Assembly (NCBI GenBank): GCA_964016885.1
Contig: OZ024744.1
Coordinates: 60,078,001-60,142,000 of the forward strand
Source: Eledone cirrhosa
Lineage: Eukaryota
DNA length: 64,000 nucleotides
Direction: 5' to 3'
The translations under genes were made by a program, and so were the position numbers. Numbering within the stretch: position 1 is the first letter of the stretch; every line of letters begins with the position of its first letter. The notes under the pieces were generated by a model. It was not told where the DNA came from. It did no database searches and was given only the letters and a program-made list of their open reading frames with translations. Of the stretch, positions 43,170 through 55,074 are shown piece after piece.

Positions 43170-43862
43170 CCTAATAACTTTTTTTAGCTATTGTCGCACC
43201 AACGTGAGGTATATGATTTTTAATGCGATGAAATACCAATGATCGTTGGCAAATCACTGATGAGGGACTCATTTTATAACATGTAATCCATGTGAAACTA
43301 TGCAGTATTCTTCTCCCCATATTTTTCATATAATTACCTAAACTGCGATTCTGTGTTTCTCTCTTTCTCTCTTACTGCTCCCTCGTTCTCTCTGTTTCTC
43401 TTACTTTCTTTCGTCCCCTCTGTCATGTCAGTTAACACTTTCTCTCTACTGACCTCTTCCTCGCACTTCCACTCACTCACTCTCTGTTTCTCCCCTTCTC
43501 ACTTCCCACCGTCCGCTACGAACCCGATTTTCCTTCTTTCTTACATCGGATTCACTAGCGGAAGGTCTGTTTCTTACTCGCACATGTATTCACCCAGCTT
43601 ATACTGACAGAATAACCATGTTGCTTGTGTTTCTTTCTATCTTCGGTTAGCTTTCCCCTGTGTTGTTTACTTGTCTCACTCGCTTTACGCGTTTCAATTG
43701 TCCTAATAACTTATTTTAGTTATTGTCGCACCAACGTGAGGTATATGATTTTTAATGCGATGAAATACCAATGATCGTTGGCAAATCACTGATGAGGGAC
43801 TCATTTTATAACATGTAATCCATGTGCAACCATGCAGTATTCTTCTCCCCATATTTTTCATA
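43166..43862 (+). repeat. Partial tandem unit (532 bp period; 165 bp direct repeats) with degenerate HHR-like core
   Basis: 43166-43331 repeats at 43698-43863; CTGATGA-GGGA..TCCATGT-GAAAC at 43258 and 43789. Confidence 0.7.
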
Positions 43863-43869
43863 TATATAA

Positions 43870-44403
43870 GTATGTACACGTACATACATATATGTATACA
43901 GCCGTACAGTAGTATGTATATATATATATACAAACATGCACACACATATATATCTACGTATCAATTCACCGAACATTTATTATAATGCTCGGTGTGTTTG
44001 TAAACAAACACCCCGTATTAAGCCGTAGTGTCCAGCAACCATCGTTGCTCGTTTGTTCAACACTGACAAAGGAACGCTGTACTAGTTTCAAACTTATTAG
44101 CTATCGTCAGCAACGTATACCTTCCTGCCAGATTGTTGAACGTATATACTTACCTTATGCATATTAACGGTTGAGTAGCCCAAACACTACGGCTTAATAC
44201 GGGATGTTTGTTTACAAATACACCGAGCATTATAATAAATGTTCGGTGAATCGATACGTACATATATATGTGTGTGCATGTATGTATATATATATACATA
44301 CTACTGTACGTCTGTATACATATATGTATGTTCGTGTACATACTTATATTTAAGTAACAGCCGCACTAAGAGTGGGAAATGAAATTTCGTTTCATTTTTT
44401 TCC

Positions 44404-44408
<5 letters not shown>
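43870..44408. mobile_element. Family B element with inversion; HHR at 44074-44116 (-)
   Basis: 43870-44182 is minus-sense and 44183-44408 plus-sense; ends GAAATGAAATTTCGTTTC then (TA)n. Confidence 0.82.
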
Positions 44409-44454
<46 letters not shown>

Positions 44455-44549
44455 CATACACATAGAGTTATAGTTTACCTGTGTGGGATTTCTTATACAA
44501 GTATAATATATAAATGAACGCTCGATATGTAAACATCGGGGTATTATAT

Positions 44550-45869
44550 ATAAATTCAGCTGTTTCGAATCACACCAAAATCAACATACTGGTTGCGGAT
44601 TTAGTACGGGTGATAAGAAACGTGTCCCGCATGTGCAACCCCGAAGAACTAGAGAGTCACATACAACACTTCATCCACCGTATGCAATTCTCTGGTTACA
44701 ATCATAGAGATAAAATCAGCGTATATAGAGGCGCCAGAAACAAATGGGAAAAAATGGTAAATAATTATACTAATGGGACCTGCCCCTTGTATAGGAGCAA
44801 AGTCTGGAATAGAATAGAAAGAACTAGGAATAAGGTTAATAGAATAAACTCATGGTATGATAGCAATAAATACCAGAGTGTAATGTTCATGAATACAACC
44901 CCTAGAGGTGAATTAGCTTACAAATTTAGAAGGGCCCTAGATAAACTTAAACTAAATTTTAAGATAGTAGAAAGACAAGGTACCTCCATAAAAACACTTA
45001 TTAGTAATACATACCCTTTTCAAAAACCTCCCTGTATAGATAACAAATGCATAATCTGTAAACTAAGCCCCCATATTAACTGTAAAACTAGAAACATAGT
45101 ATATAGCATAAGATGTACTGAAGGACAATGTAAAGATAAGAATATAGTGTACATAGGTGAGACAGCTCGTAGTATAGGAGAACGATTAAATGAACACTGG
45201 CGAGATCTTCAAGATAGAAAAGATTCATCAGTACTCCACCAACATGCTAAAATAGAACATAAGGGCAAATTAGAGAACATAGAAATAAAAATAAAATCTA
45301 CACACAGAAAAGACGCAATGTTTAGACAAGTCACAGAGGCAATAAACATAAATGAACTCCAACGAAAATTAAATAGAAAACATGAATGGAATAGCAACAT
45401 CACAACTTACAATTAAGGACAAAATGAAAACACACACACATAGAACAAACAACCAACCAGTAACATGTAAATAAACAAATAAATAAACAAATAAAAACAC
45501 ACAGACACCCGTATGTAACACATGCGCAAACTAAGCACACAACACACACGAAAACAAGATGGCGTAGGACAGAACAAAGGAGAGGCACAAAACAAAGAGA
45601 AGAATCCCCAGTCATTGAAGATGTCACAGAATGTGTGACGAAAGAACTTTGACAATATATGAACAACCATCCCGTTGTGGAACCAACCAACCAACCGGAA
45701 ATTTATAAATTCTTAAATTTATAAATTTAATTTATAATAAATTGGAGTGAAAGCAACTGGTGCGTGTGATTCTTATTGGCAACATGACCCTCCCAAAGTA
45801 TAACAATATCGGTTTCAACACACATTTTTCAGATAAAGAATCTTGCTAAACAAATTCCAAATTCAGAAA

Positions 45870-45872
<3 letters not shown>
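44550..45872 (+). mobile_element. 5'-truncated Naiad-type PLE, second family (ORF remnant to 45416, HHR 45611-45653, ORF-start tail at 45785)
   Basis: RMQFSGY, SVMFMNTTPRGELA, CIICK..NCK..IVYSIRC..YIGETARS; homologous to 58165-59053; ends ATGACCCTCCCAAAG...CGA(TA)n. Confidence 0.88.
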
Positions 45873-45961
<89 letters not shown>

Positions 45962-45964
45962 TAA

Positions 45965-48647
45965 TAAAAACAATGAAATAAAAACAAGGAACAAGTTCTT
46001 TTTAAAAAAAAATCATCATTTTTTTATCGTTTCTGGGATGTATATGTGTGTTGGTATGTATATCATATAAATCTATGTAAAAATATTACAAATTATAGAG
46101 GAAATATACATACCTTCACATATACATGCTGTCTTCAGAAATGATGGGATATGTTTATTGAAAAAAAACAACAAAGATTTAATATAAAAGGTCTGTTTGG
46201 GAACAGGTTTTGAATTGACCAATAGAAAAGTAGTTAGAGGTCAATTTGATAGAATAGCAGTAGTATAAATTTAATTTAGGGGTAGAGGAGTGCAGACTTA
46301 TGTTTTGAATGAAAAGAATGCTTTGGGGATGAAAAGAGGTCAAGCCAAGAAGATAGTGAAGGGTACACGAAAATTTGATGTTATTAAAGAATAATGTTAA
46401 AAACGAAGGAAAATAAAATTTTAGGGTAAGGGTATTAGTGAGAAATACCAATCTTATTTAAACCACAAGGAATCTAGATCTATAACAAGAAATTAAATTA
46501 ATTGATAGGTATACTTATAGGGATAAAGTTATATTAATTCATATGAATGTGATAAATAAGAATTAGATGTTATTAAAGAGTGTTGTTAAAAACGAAGGAA
46601 AGTAAAATTTTGGGATAAGGGTAGTTGTGAGAAATACCAATCTTACTTAAACTACAAGGAATCTAGATACATAACAGGAAATTAAATTAATTTATAGGTA
46701 TTAATTTTAGGAAAAGAGAGCTGTAAGAGGGAAATAAAATTATGAAGTTCTCTGTAGTAAAATACTAATTATAGGTTAACTAAATTTAAAAAAACAATTA
46801 TAATAATTTGTAAAATATAAGAGTAAGGTGTATATTAATTAGGTTTATAATATTTGAAGGTTCTTCTAATTCGATGATTGCGAGATATAATTAATTCCTA
46901 TCGCTTATTTAATAGGATATCCTTAGATTTCATGATTTCAAAAAGTTCATGGGAGCATAACCTACACTCGTATCTGCTATTTTGATAAGGGGTGACCCTT
47001 TTGAGCACGCTCCAGGTCAGGTTGTAATCGATATTCTTCTTTCTATAATTATTAATTGTTTCAGCCAAGGATGTTGTGCTAATTTTACATTTATAGACTA
47101 TGTTATTAATAAGACAATTTCCCTTTAATGAGCAATTTCTTTTGATTCTACAGTTACAACGATTCGTGAATATTATATCAGGGGAGTTAGTCAAATTTGG
47201 TGTGGAGTTTGCTCGACTTGTTATAGGTGTAGGAGATGGTGGTTTGTTGCGGTTTATTTTAGTATTATAGTTGGTTTGATGAGTTGGTGGTATATTTGTG
47301 GGTTTTTTACACTTATATGCGTTGTACGCACTTATATTCTGTTGTATATTTTTGGTAGTGGAGTAGGAAAATTTGACAGTTGATCTATTTAAATTTGATC
47401 GTTTGGTGGGAACGTTTTCTCTAGGATAGCAAAGAATTTTTTAGGGATATTGTCTTTAATTTGTAGATTAAATGGAGCATTATACCAAGTAACCCGTCTA
47501 TTACGTTTCAATATTGTTTTTTATATTTATACGATGTATCAGGATGTTTACTAAGAGAGTTACTATTAGTGACTTTATTATATAGTTTAGTTAGATTAAC
47601 TGATTTAGGTGTTTTAGTCTGATTACTAGGAATTTTGTTAGTAATGTTGTTAACATATATTGGAGTATTAGGATGAATGGTTTTTGAAAGTCATTATATT
47701 GTATGTGAGAAGAGGTAGAGAAATAAAGTTTTAGGTTGGTATTTTTAGGTGTAGTATGAGTGACATTTAGGTGTGGGTTTTTCATTTGGTGGCTGTTGGT
47801 AATATTGGGTTGTATGTTTGAAGTATTATTGGTGCAAGGTATATAGACTAATTTGTTTTTGTGGCCGCTTCTAGCTAAAGCTTCGTTATAAAAGGGCGCG
47901 TTTTTATCGAATACATCCTGGTTAGATGAAAGGTTAGAGATTCTGAGTGAGATGTTATATGCTAGGTTTTTATGGATAGATCTAGGGTGATTGAATTGTG
48001 AGTGTATGTAATGTAAGTTTTGGTTAGTTTTATGGTAAGGTTGGTAGATACCCGTAGATAGGTCTAAAGTTATATCTAGGAAATTGACTATTTTACTGGT
48101 GTTTTCAAATGTAATAGTGAAATTGTAATAGTCTTTGAGGAAAGTTCTAATAAGTTTTTTTATTTATTTCAATTTCTGATAGGCTTAGATTAGTGGAAAG
48201 AAGAAGACAGTCATCAGGATATAAACCACCTTTAAGGTGGGGGAAAAGATGAATTAATGTTAAATAGAAGAAAGAGGCCCACAAGATCGGTAATTTGGGC
48301 GGAATCAGTAGATACCATAGTTATGTCGAAGAGATTACTATATGTATTTCTGCTCAAGTATTCCTTCTGTCTAGCGTGCGTGATAATATTAATGTCATCC
48401 ATAGTTAAGTCTTATCTATTTTTGGCAAAATTAGGAGCAAAATTAGGAGCAAAGTATGTAGATAAATCTACCAAAATATACGGTAGTGTCCAATCTATAT
48501 GAAGAACTCAATGTAATCCAAATATCATGAAAAGAGAAGATACATTCAAAAATTTTCGATAAAAATCATCACCCATACTCCTGAACAAAACCTTGATATT
48601 TGCCAAAAATAGATCAGACTTAACTATGGATGACATTAATATTATCA
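45965..48647 (-). mobile_element. Decayed Penelope-like element (RT + GIY-YIG) with 5' inversion and long-stem HHR at 46014-46146
   Basis: CNCRIKRNCSLKGNCL..IVYKC, CRLC..LLNKR, WYNAPF, VNFLDITLDL, FDITMVSTDSAQITDLVGL. HHR: CATCATTT-CTGAAGA..GAAACGATA..AAATGATG. Confidence 0.8.
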
Positions 48648-48657
48648 TGTGTGTGTG

Positions 48658-51600
48658 TGTAACGAAAGAAATGTTCCAGCATTTCCTCTCACTGACATGG
48701 CCATTCCTAGCGTTCCATAAATAGGACTGAGAGAATTTTTTGTGATAAAAGAGACGACTCCCTGGTCACTTGGCTTTTAACTTCTATGGTGATACTAATG
48801 ACAGACGATAGCCTGGCACCTTATATTTCAACATAACACATAAAACAAAACATCTTCAACAAAACTTCAAACAACCGGTATTCATTTACGAATGTTTACA
48901 TGTGTACTTTTATGATTAGTAGTAATCATATTCATTATTCTGTCATGTTTATTCATTTTCAACAACTAACTTCGCTTCACTTCAATTAGTGACCCTGACA
49001 TGATTCGAACACGCAGCTTTCTGATTAATCAATATTTACCAAGCTTCACTTCAACATGGAACTATCACCAGCATCATCGTCGTTACAAGCAGCAATATTC
49101 CTGTGGATCCCGACATTTTGGCCTCACGCTCCTACCATTTGGTTCTGATACATCGAGGCCCAATTTCAAACAAACAATATATCGGTAGACAGGACGAAAA
49201 TTACCCATGTTGTCGGGGCGCTTCCTCCTGGGAGCCTGCAGGAGATCCAGGATTTTCTTACAGCACCACCAAGCACATATTCATATGCTACATTTAGGTC
49301 TGAACTCGTAAATCGGACATCCGTCTCTCAGCAGCAACGGATTAACCAGTTGCTTTATTCGGGGGCGTTAGGCGATAGGAAACCATTACAGTTCTTAAGA
49401 CGGTTAAAGCAACTTGTGCGAAAGAACACCATGGAGCCGGCCATCTTGAAACAACTTTTCCTACAAAGGATGCCGCCAGCCACTCGCAGCATTTTGGCGG
49501 CCAGTGAAGCATCCACCCCAATCGAGGAGCTAGCGTATTCAGCCGATGGAATCATTGAGGTAGCAGCATCACTATCATTTGTGGCCCAGGAGACACAGAC
49601 ACATCCACTAGTAAGCTCTTTTTCTTCCTCATTTTCTCCTTCTTCGTCTTCTGCTTCGGCGGTGGCGGCTTTGCAGGCTCGGGTGCAAAAAGAGGACGCA
49701 CAATTGAACGCTCGTATGGCTAAACTGCAGCTACAGCCACGCAGCAACACCAGCTCATCTCGGCGAGCTTTCCATCAGCGCCCGCGAGACCCAAGTCAAC
49801 CGATCCCATTTGCTATTACCACCACCGAGCTGCCGTTCCTATTTCCTATTACCACCGCAAATTCGGCGCAAGGGCCCGTAAATGCCTATTGCCCTGTTCT
49901 TTTAGAATGGACTCCGTTATGTTCCGGTAAACGACGTGACCAGGCAGTAACGGCAGCACCTATACCTGGCATTTCCAAACATAGCCTCTTGTTTGACATT
50001 AGTGACTGATCTACTGGTGTTCGTTTTCTGGTGGACACCGGGGTGGATGTTAAAGTCATACCATCTGCCCTGATGCCAAGCAGTAGGAAACCCACTGCAG
50101 TCCTTCTCAAGGTGGTGAACAACTCTTCTATACCCATATACAGCAAAAAGTCCTTAACCCTGGATCTTGGGCTCCGCCAAGTTTTTCAGTGAGTTTTTGT
50201 CATCGCCAAGTTGCCGACTCCGATCCTAGGAGCAGATTTCCTACACCATTTCGGCCTCCTGGTGGACGTTAAACACAACAAACTGACTGATTCCTCCACT
50301 GGCCTCAATATTCGCGCTATCAGCACTAGGGTACCATCCCTCTGCCCTGTTTTTTCAAGATGCAGTCCGGCAGATACGACGCCATTCTGCGCAGTCACTC
50401 TGACATCTCACGACCGATTTTTAACAGTCTGCATGCAACCCACAGTGTTACGCATCATATCGTGACCGAGGGTCCTCCGGTTTCTGCTTAACCACAGCGA
50501 CTCGCTCCTGACCGCGCTAAAATCGCTAAAGCAGAGTTCGATCATATGCTGGAACTGGGCATTGTTCGTCCATCCAATAGCAGTTGGTCTTCCTCCCTTC
50601 AAATGGTTCCCAAGAAATCTGAGGGTAACTGGGGACCGCGTAGGGACTATCGGTTTCTTAACACACGCACAAAACCCGATAAGTACCCGGCGCCTAACAC
50701 ACATGGTTTCTCTGCTACCCTACATGGAGCTAGGGTCTTTTTGAAAATCGACCTCGTGCGGGCGTACAACCAGATTTCTGTTGAACTGGATGACATTCCG
50801 AAATGGTCATTACAACTACTTTCGATCTCTTTGAGTTCCTTAGACTGCCATTCGGTTTAAGCAATGCTGAATCAACCGTCCAGCGTTTCATCAACACAGT
50901 AGTACGTGGTTTACCCTTTATCTACTCATATATTGATGATATGCCAACACATCCCATGAGGAACACGAAAGGAACCTACAATTGCTTTTTGAGTGTTTTT
51001 CTCAGTTTGGTGTCATCATCAACTCCGGCAAATGTCTTTTCGGTGTTTCTTCCCTTGATTTTCTGGGACAACACACCGACGAACAAGGAATCCATTCCCC
51101 TCCACGACAAATTTAAGTTCATTTTAGATTTTCCAACTACTACATCACCGAGGAAAGTATGTGAGTTCCTCGGCCTCATAAATTTTTAACGCCAGTTCAT
51201 TCCTCGCTGTACAGAGTTTCTCCAGCCAGCCGCTAACAGACATCCTAAGGCAGTGCAAACGGAAGAACCGGCTTATCACTTTCGATGATACACAAGCAGC
51301 TGCTTTTCTTAAAATCAAGAGGGCTTTAGCTGAGGTCACAATGTTGGTTCATCCCAAGCCTGAGGCACCGCTTTGTCTGTTCGTCGATGTTATCGGATGT
51401 CGGGGTTGGTGGCGTCTTCCAACAATGCGTAGACAATGCATGGCAGCTAATTTCTTTCTTCTCTAGGCGAATCAAACCTGCCGAAACAAAGTACAGCATA
51501 TTCGATTGGGAACTTTTGGCAAAGTACCTCAGTGTGAAACATTTCCGGCACATGTTAGAAGGTGCTGTGCTTTCTATGTATACGGACCATAAACCTCTAA

Positions 51601-52865
51601 CATATTCCAAGCCTGACCGACACTCACCTAGAGAAGTCCGCCAACTGGGTTTTATATCCCAGTATACTATGGATATTCGCTATATTAAGGATTCAGATAA
51701 ATCTGCAGCCGACGCCCTTTCTCGCTCACACTTGATTGCACTGCACACCTCTTTTTCCATCAGCCTCCGAGATATTGCTGCCGCCCAACAGAGGAATGCG
51801 GAGCTCCTCAAACTCCGAAATTCTACAACTTCTTCTTTGTCTTTCAGACTCCCCCCTCTACCCTTTTCCCCTGGTGGTATCTGGTGTGATGTGTCTACGG
51901 GTCACGCGCGCCCTTACATACCTCTAAAGCATCGACGTTCGGTTTTTTTATTCTCTGCATAACCTATTGCATCCTGGTGCCAACTCTATCCTGAAATTAA
52001 TAACAGACCGGCTTGTCTGGGTTGGTGTGAACAAGGATGTCAGGGAATGGACCAGACGTTGCGTTCAGTGTCAGGAGGCAAAAATTCACCACCATATCAA
52101 AACTCCTCAAGGAACCTTCACAACACCATATACACGTTTCCAACACGTACACATCGACATCGTCGGTCCTCTACCTCCTTGTCAGGGTTGCACTCACATT
52201 TTGACCTGTGTGGACAGATTCTTCCTGTGGTCTGAGGTCATTTCTCTGTCCAATACCACAGCCAAATCTATTGCCAAGGCACAAGTACAGCATTGGGTTT
52301 CGTGTTATGGCACACCTTCTACCATCACAACGGACACAAATTGATCCGCCTCCAAGTTTGTAGCCGAACACGTACAACAGCTTATCACCCTGCAGCTAAC
52401 AGTAAGGTGGAATGTTTCCATCGGCAATTAAAATCTGCTCTCAGAGCCTATGTCAACAACGGCAACTGGTTGGAAATTTTACCTCTCATCCTTCTTGGAA
52501 TTCGCTCCACCGTAAAGGAAGGACTTGGTTTTATGCTAACTGAGCTGGTTTATGGCATGACATTGGTATTACCCGGGCAAATGATTGCCCCTGAGTCTCA
52601 ACACTCCACAGTACCAATGAACTATATCCATCGCCTGTGGACCTACATAGCAAACCTGCCATCCATTGCCCCTCACCCTCATAGTATCACTACTCAAGTT
52701 CCATCTGACATACAGCAATGGACACACCTTTTTGTCAGGAAGGACACTGTCAGAGCTCCTTTGCAACGACTATACTATTGGCCCTACCAAGTATTCAAAA
52801 GGACACCCAAGCATTTCATTCTGAATATTAAAGAGGGATGCTGTCAGTGTCGACCGGCTAAAAAA
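48658..52865 (+). mobile_element. Decayed Ty3/Gypsy LTR retrotransposon (5' LTR 48658-48984; gag-PR-RT-RH-IN; no 3' LTR seen)
   Basis: LGDRKP, FLVDTG, PILGADFL, RLPFGL..YIDD, YTDHKPL, ADALSR, HPG..CVQC, HIDIVGPLP, TTAYHPAAN; many frameshifts; TG..CA LTR and PBS. Confidence 0.9.
48987..49025 (+). promoter_or_regulatory. tRNA-Trp-type primer binding site
   Basis: TAGTGACCCTGACATGATTCGAACACGCAGCTTTCTGAT resembles the reverse complement of the tRNA-Trp 3' end, 2 nt after the LTR CA. Confidence 0.7.
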
Positions 52866-53405
52866 AAGTCCAGGCAAGGTTGTTTGTGGAAGACAAACAG
52901 TCTCCCATACATACCAGTCTCCCCTCTCCACATCACCGATATTGTCCAAGGGAAATGCAATGGCTGATACAGCTTGACACCAGTGACGTCACAACTCATT
53001 TCTACACCTGAGTGAACTAAAGCTACGTGAAATAAAGTGTCTTGTTCAAGAACACAACACAAAACCCGGGCCGCGAATCGAACTCACAACCTCGCGATTT
53101 TAAGAACATCGATTAATTCGATGACATATTTCATTCGAATCCATTGTAAGAAAATAAATATAGCTTTTTGATGAAAGAAGTATAATTTTCCATTAGTATC
53201 TTTGTCTATATTTGCTCTGCATTTATACGTTTTAGCACTGTTCTACGCTAATATCACTTCTTCAAACCCTTATATACTATATAAACGCATCGAGATGTTC
53301 CTTTTTCTTAAAAACTGACAAATACATACTCTCATTTTAATTCTCTACTTTACTTTGAGAATTGATAATATAGTTCTACATTTGATATAAGTTTATATAT
53401 ATATA

Positions 53406-54325
53406 GTTTAGCGAGGTTTTTTATATGAAATCGTGTGTCGAAACAAATATTGTTATACTTGGGGAGGGTCATATTTGTGTAATATTGCCAGAATTAATAA
53501 TAGAACACACTCACTGTTTGGTTGGTTTTCGCTTCTCGCTGTCTTTTATATCTGCGATCTAACTTAATCGGTCCTCAATGTTACCATTGACTGACCGACG
53601 GTCAAAAATAATACAGATACAATATAGACACAAACACATATATATAGTTTACATAATTTACATAAATCTTTCGTTGCACATCTGCAACATCGTCAGTCGT
53701 GTTATATTTTTTCCTCCTGTTGTGTTGTATGTCTACGCCATTTTTTTATTCAGTCTGTCTATATATTTATTTATTTATTTGCTTGTTTGTTTATTTTATT
53801 TTGTCTTCTTTGCGCATGCGTTTGCGTGTGTGTACAGTGTTGTGTGTGCTGTGTGACTAGTGTGTATAGTGTTGTGTCTGCTGGGTGACTAGTGTGTGTT
53901 TATGTGCTTGTTGTTATTGTGCTTGTGTATGTATTTATTTATCTTATTTTATTTTATTTTATTTATTTACTTATTTATACTTCTCTTAGGTCAGTGTTGT
54001 TTGTTTGGGTGTTGTTGTTGTTCCACTCATTCTTTCTGTTTAGCTTTGGTCTTCTAATTTCTATTTCACTGGCCTCTCTGATTTGCCTATCTGCTGGGTC
54101 ATTCCTATGTTTAGATATTATTCTAATTTCTATGTTGTCTATGTTACCGTCATGTTGTTGTCTAGCATGTTCGTATAGTACTGACCCGTTTTTTCGTCCT
54201 TTTAGTTCCCCCAGAGCTGTCTCACCTATGTATGTTGTTGTCATGTTTCTGCAAGTACCCTCTGTACATCTTATGCTATAGACTACGTTTCTAGTTTTAC
54301 AGTTTATCCGGGGGTTCACCTTACA
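53406..54325 (-). mobile_element. Inverted 5'-truncated copy of the Naiad-type PLE 3' end (HHR motif 53660-53698)
   Basis: Reverse complement of 58670-59588 plus 55448-55488, with a ~30 bp deletion after YIGETA; 3' end at (TA)n. Confidence 0.92.
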
Positions 54326-55009
54326 TATGTATCATACGTGCGGCGTTCCACTATCGCCACGCAGTTTATCTTTCTGTGTGCCTGTCTGTCGGTCTAACAT
54401 ACATAGAGTTGTGAAGGGAGTAAATAGGAACCTTTTGTTTACATTGACAGACATCTTTTATATTTATTATTGTGTCATTTTTTGACAATTGCTCGAAATG
54501 AATACTGATAATAAAAGCAATTCGACTTTATCAAACAGTGAACTACAGAGGTGACGGCGTGCAGCCAGGAATGAAGAAAAACGGTTGGATACACTATGTA
54601 TATGTGTCAGTGTAGAGACATGTGTGTGTGTGATGTGTGTGGAAATAAGAGGAAAGCAATAACTATTAACATGTGTGCGTGTGTATGTGTATGTTTATGT
54701 GTGAAAAACGTAGAACAACCACGTCTATGCAATGATACACGTTTTACAGTCAGGCAGAAGGTGAACCATCTCCTAGGGGTCACTATTATAGGTGGGAGCA
54801 CCTACAATTGTTCATATACTATGGAACAAATGGTACAACGAAGAATCTGGTATATCTGGAAGATCTTTTTTACTGTTTTTTGTATCACAGACACCACGGA
54901 CTCGCCTCATACTGTAACCAGACAAACATCCAATACAGTCTTTTTCTCTTTTACCTGTCTTCTCTTATCATCTGTTTACCCGGGCGAAGCTGGGTACGTG
55001 AGCATAACA

Positions 55010-55074
<65 letters not shown>

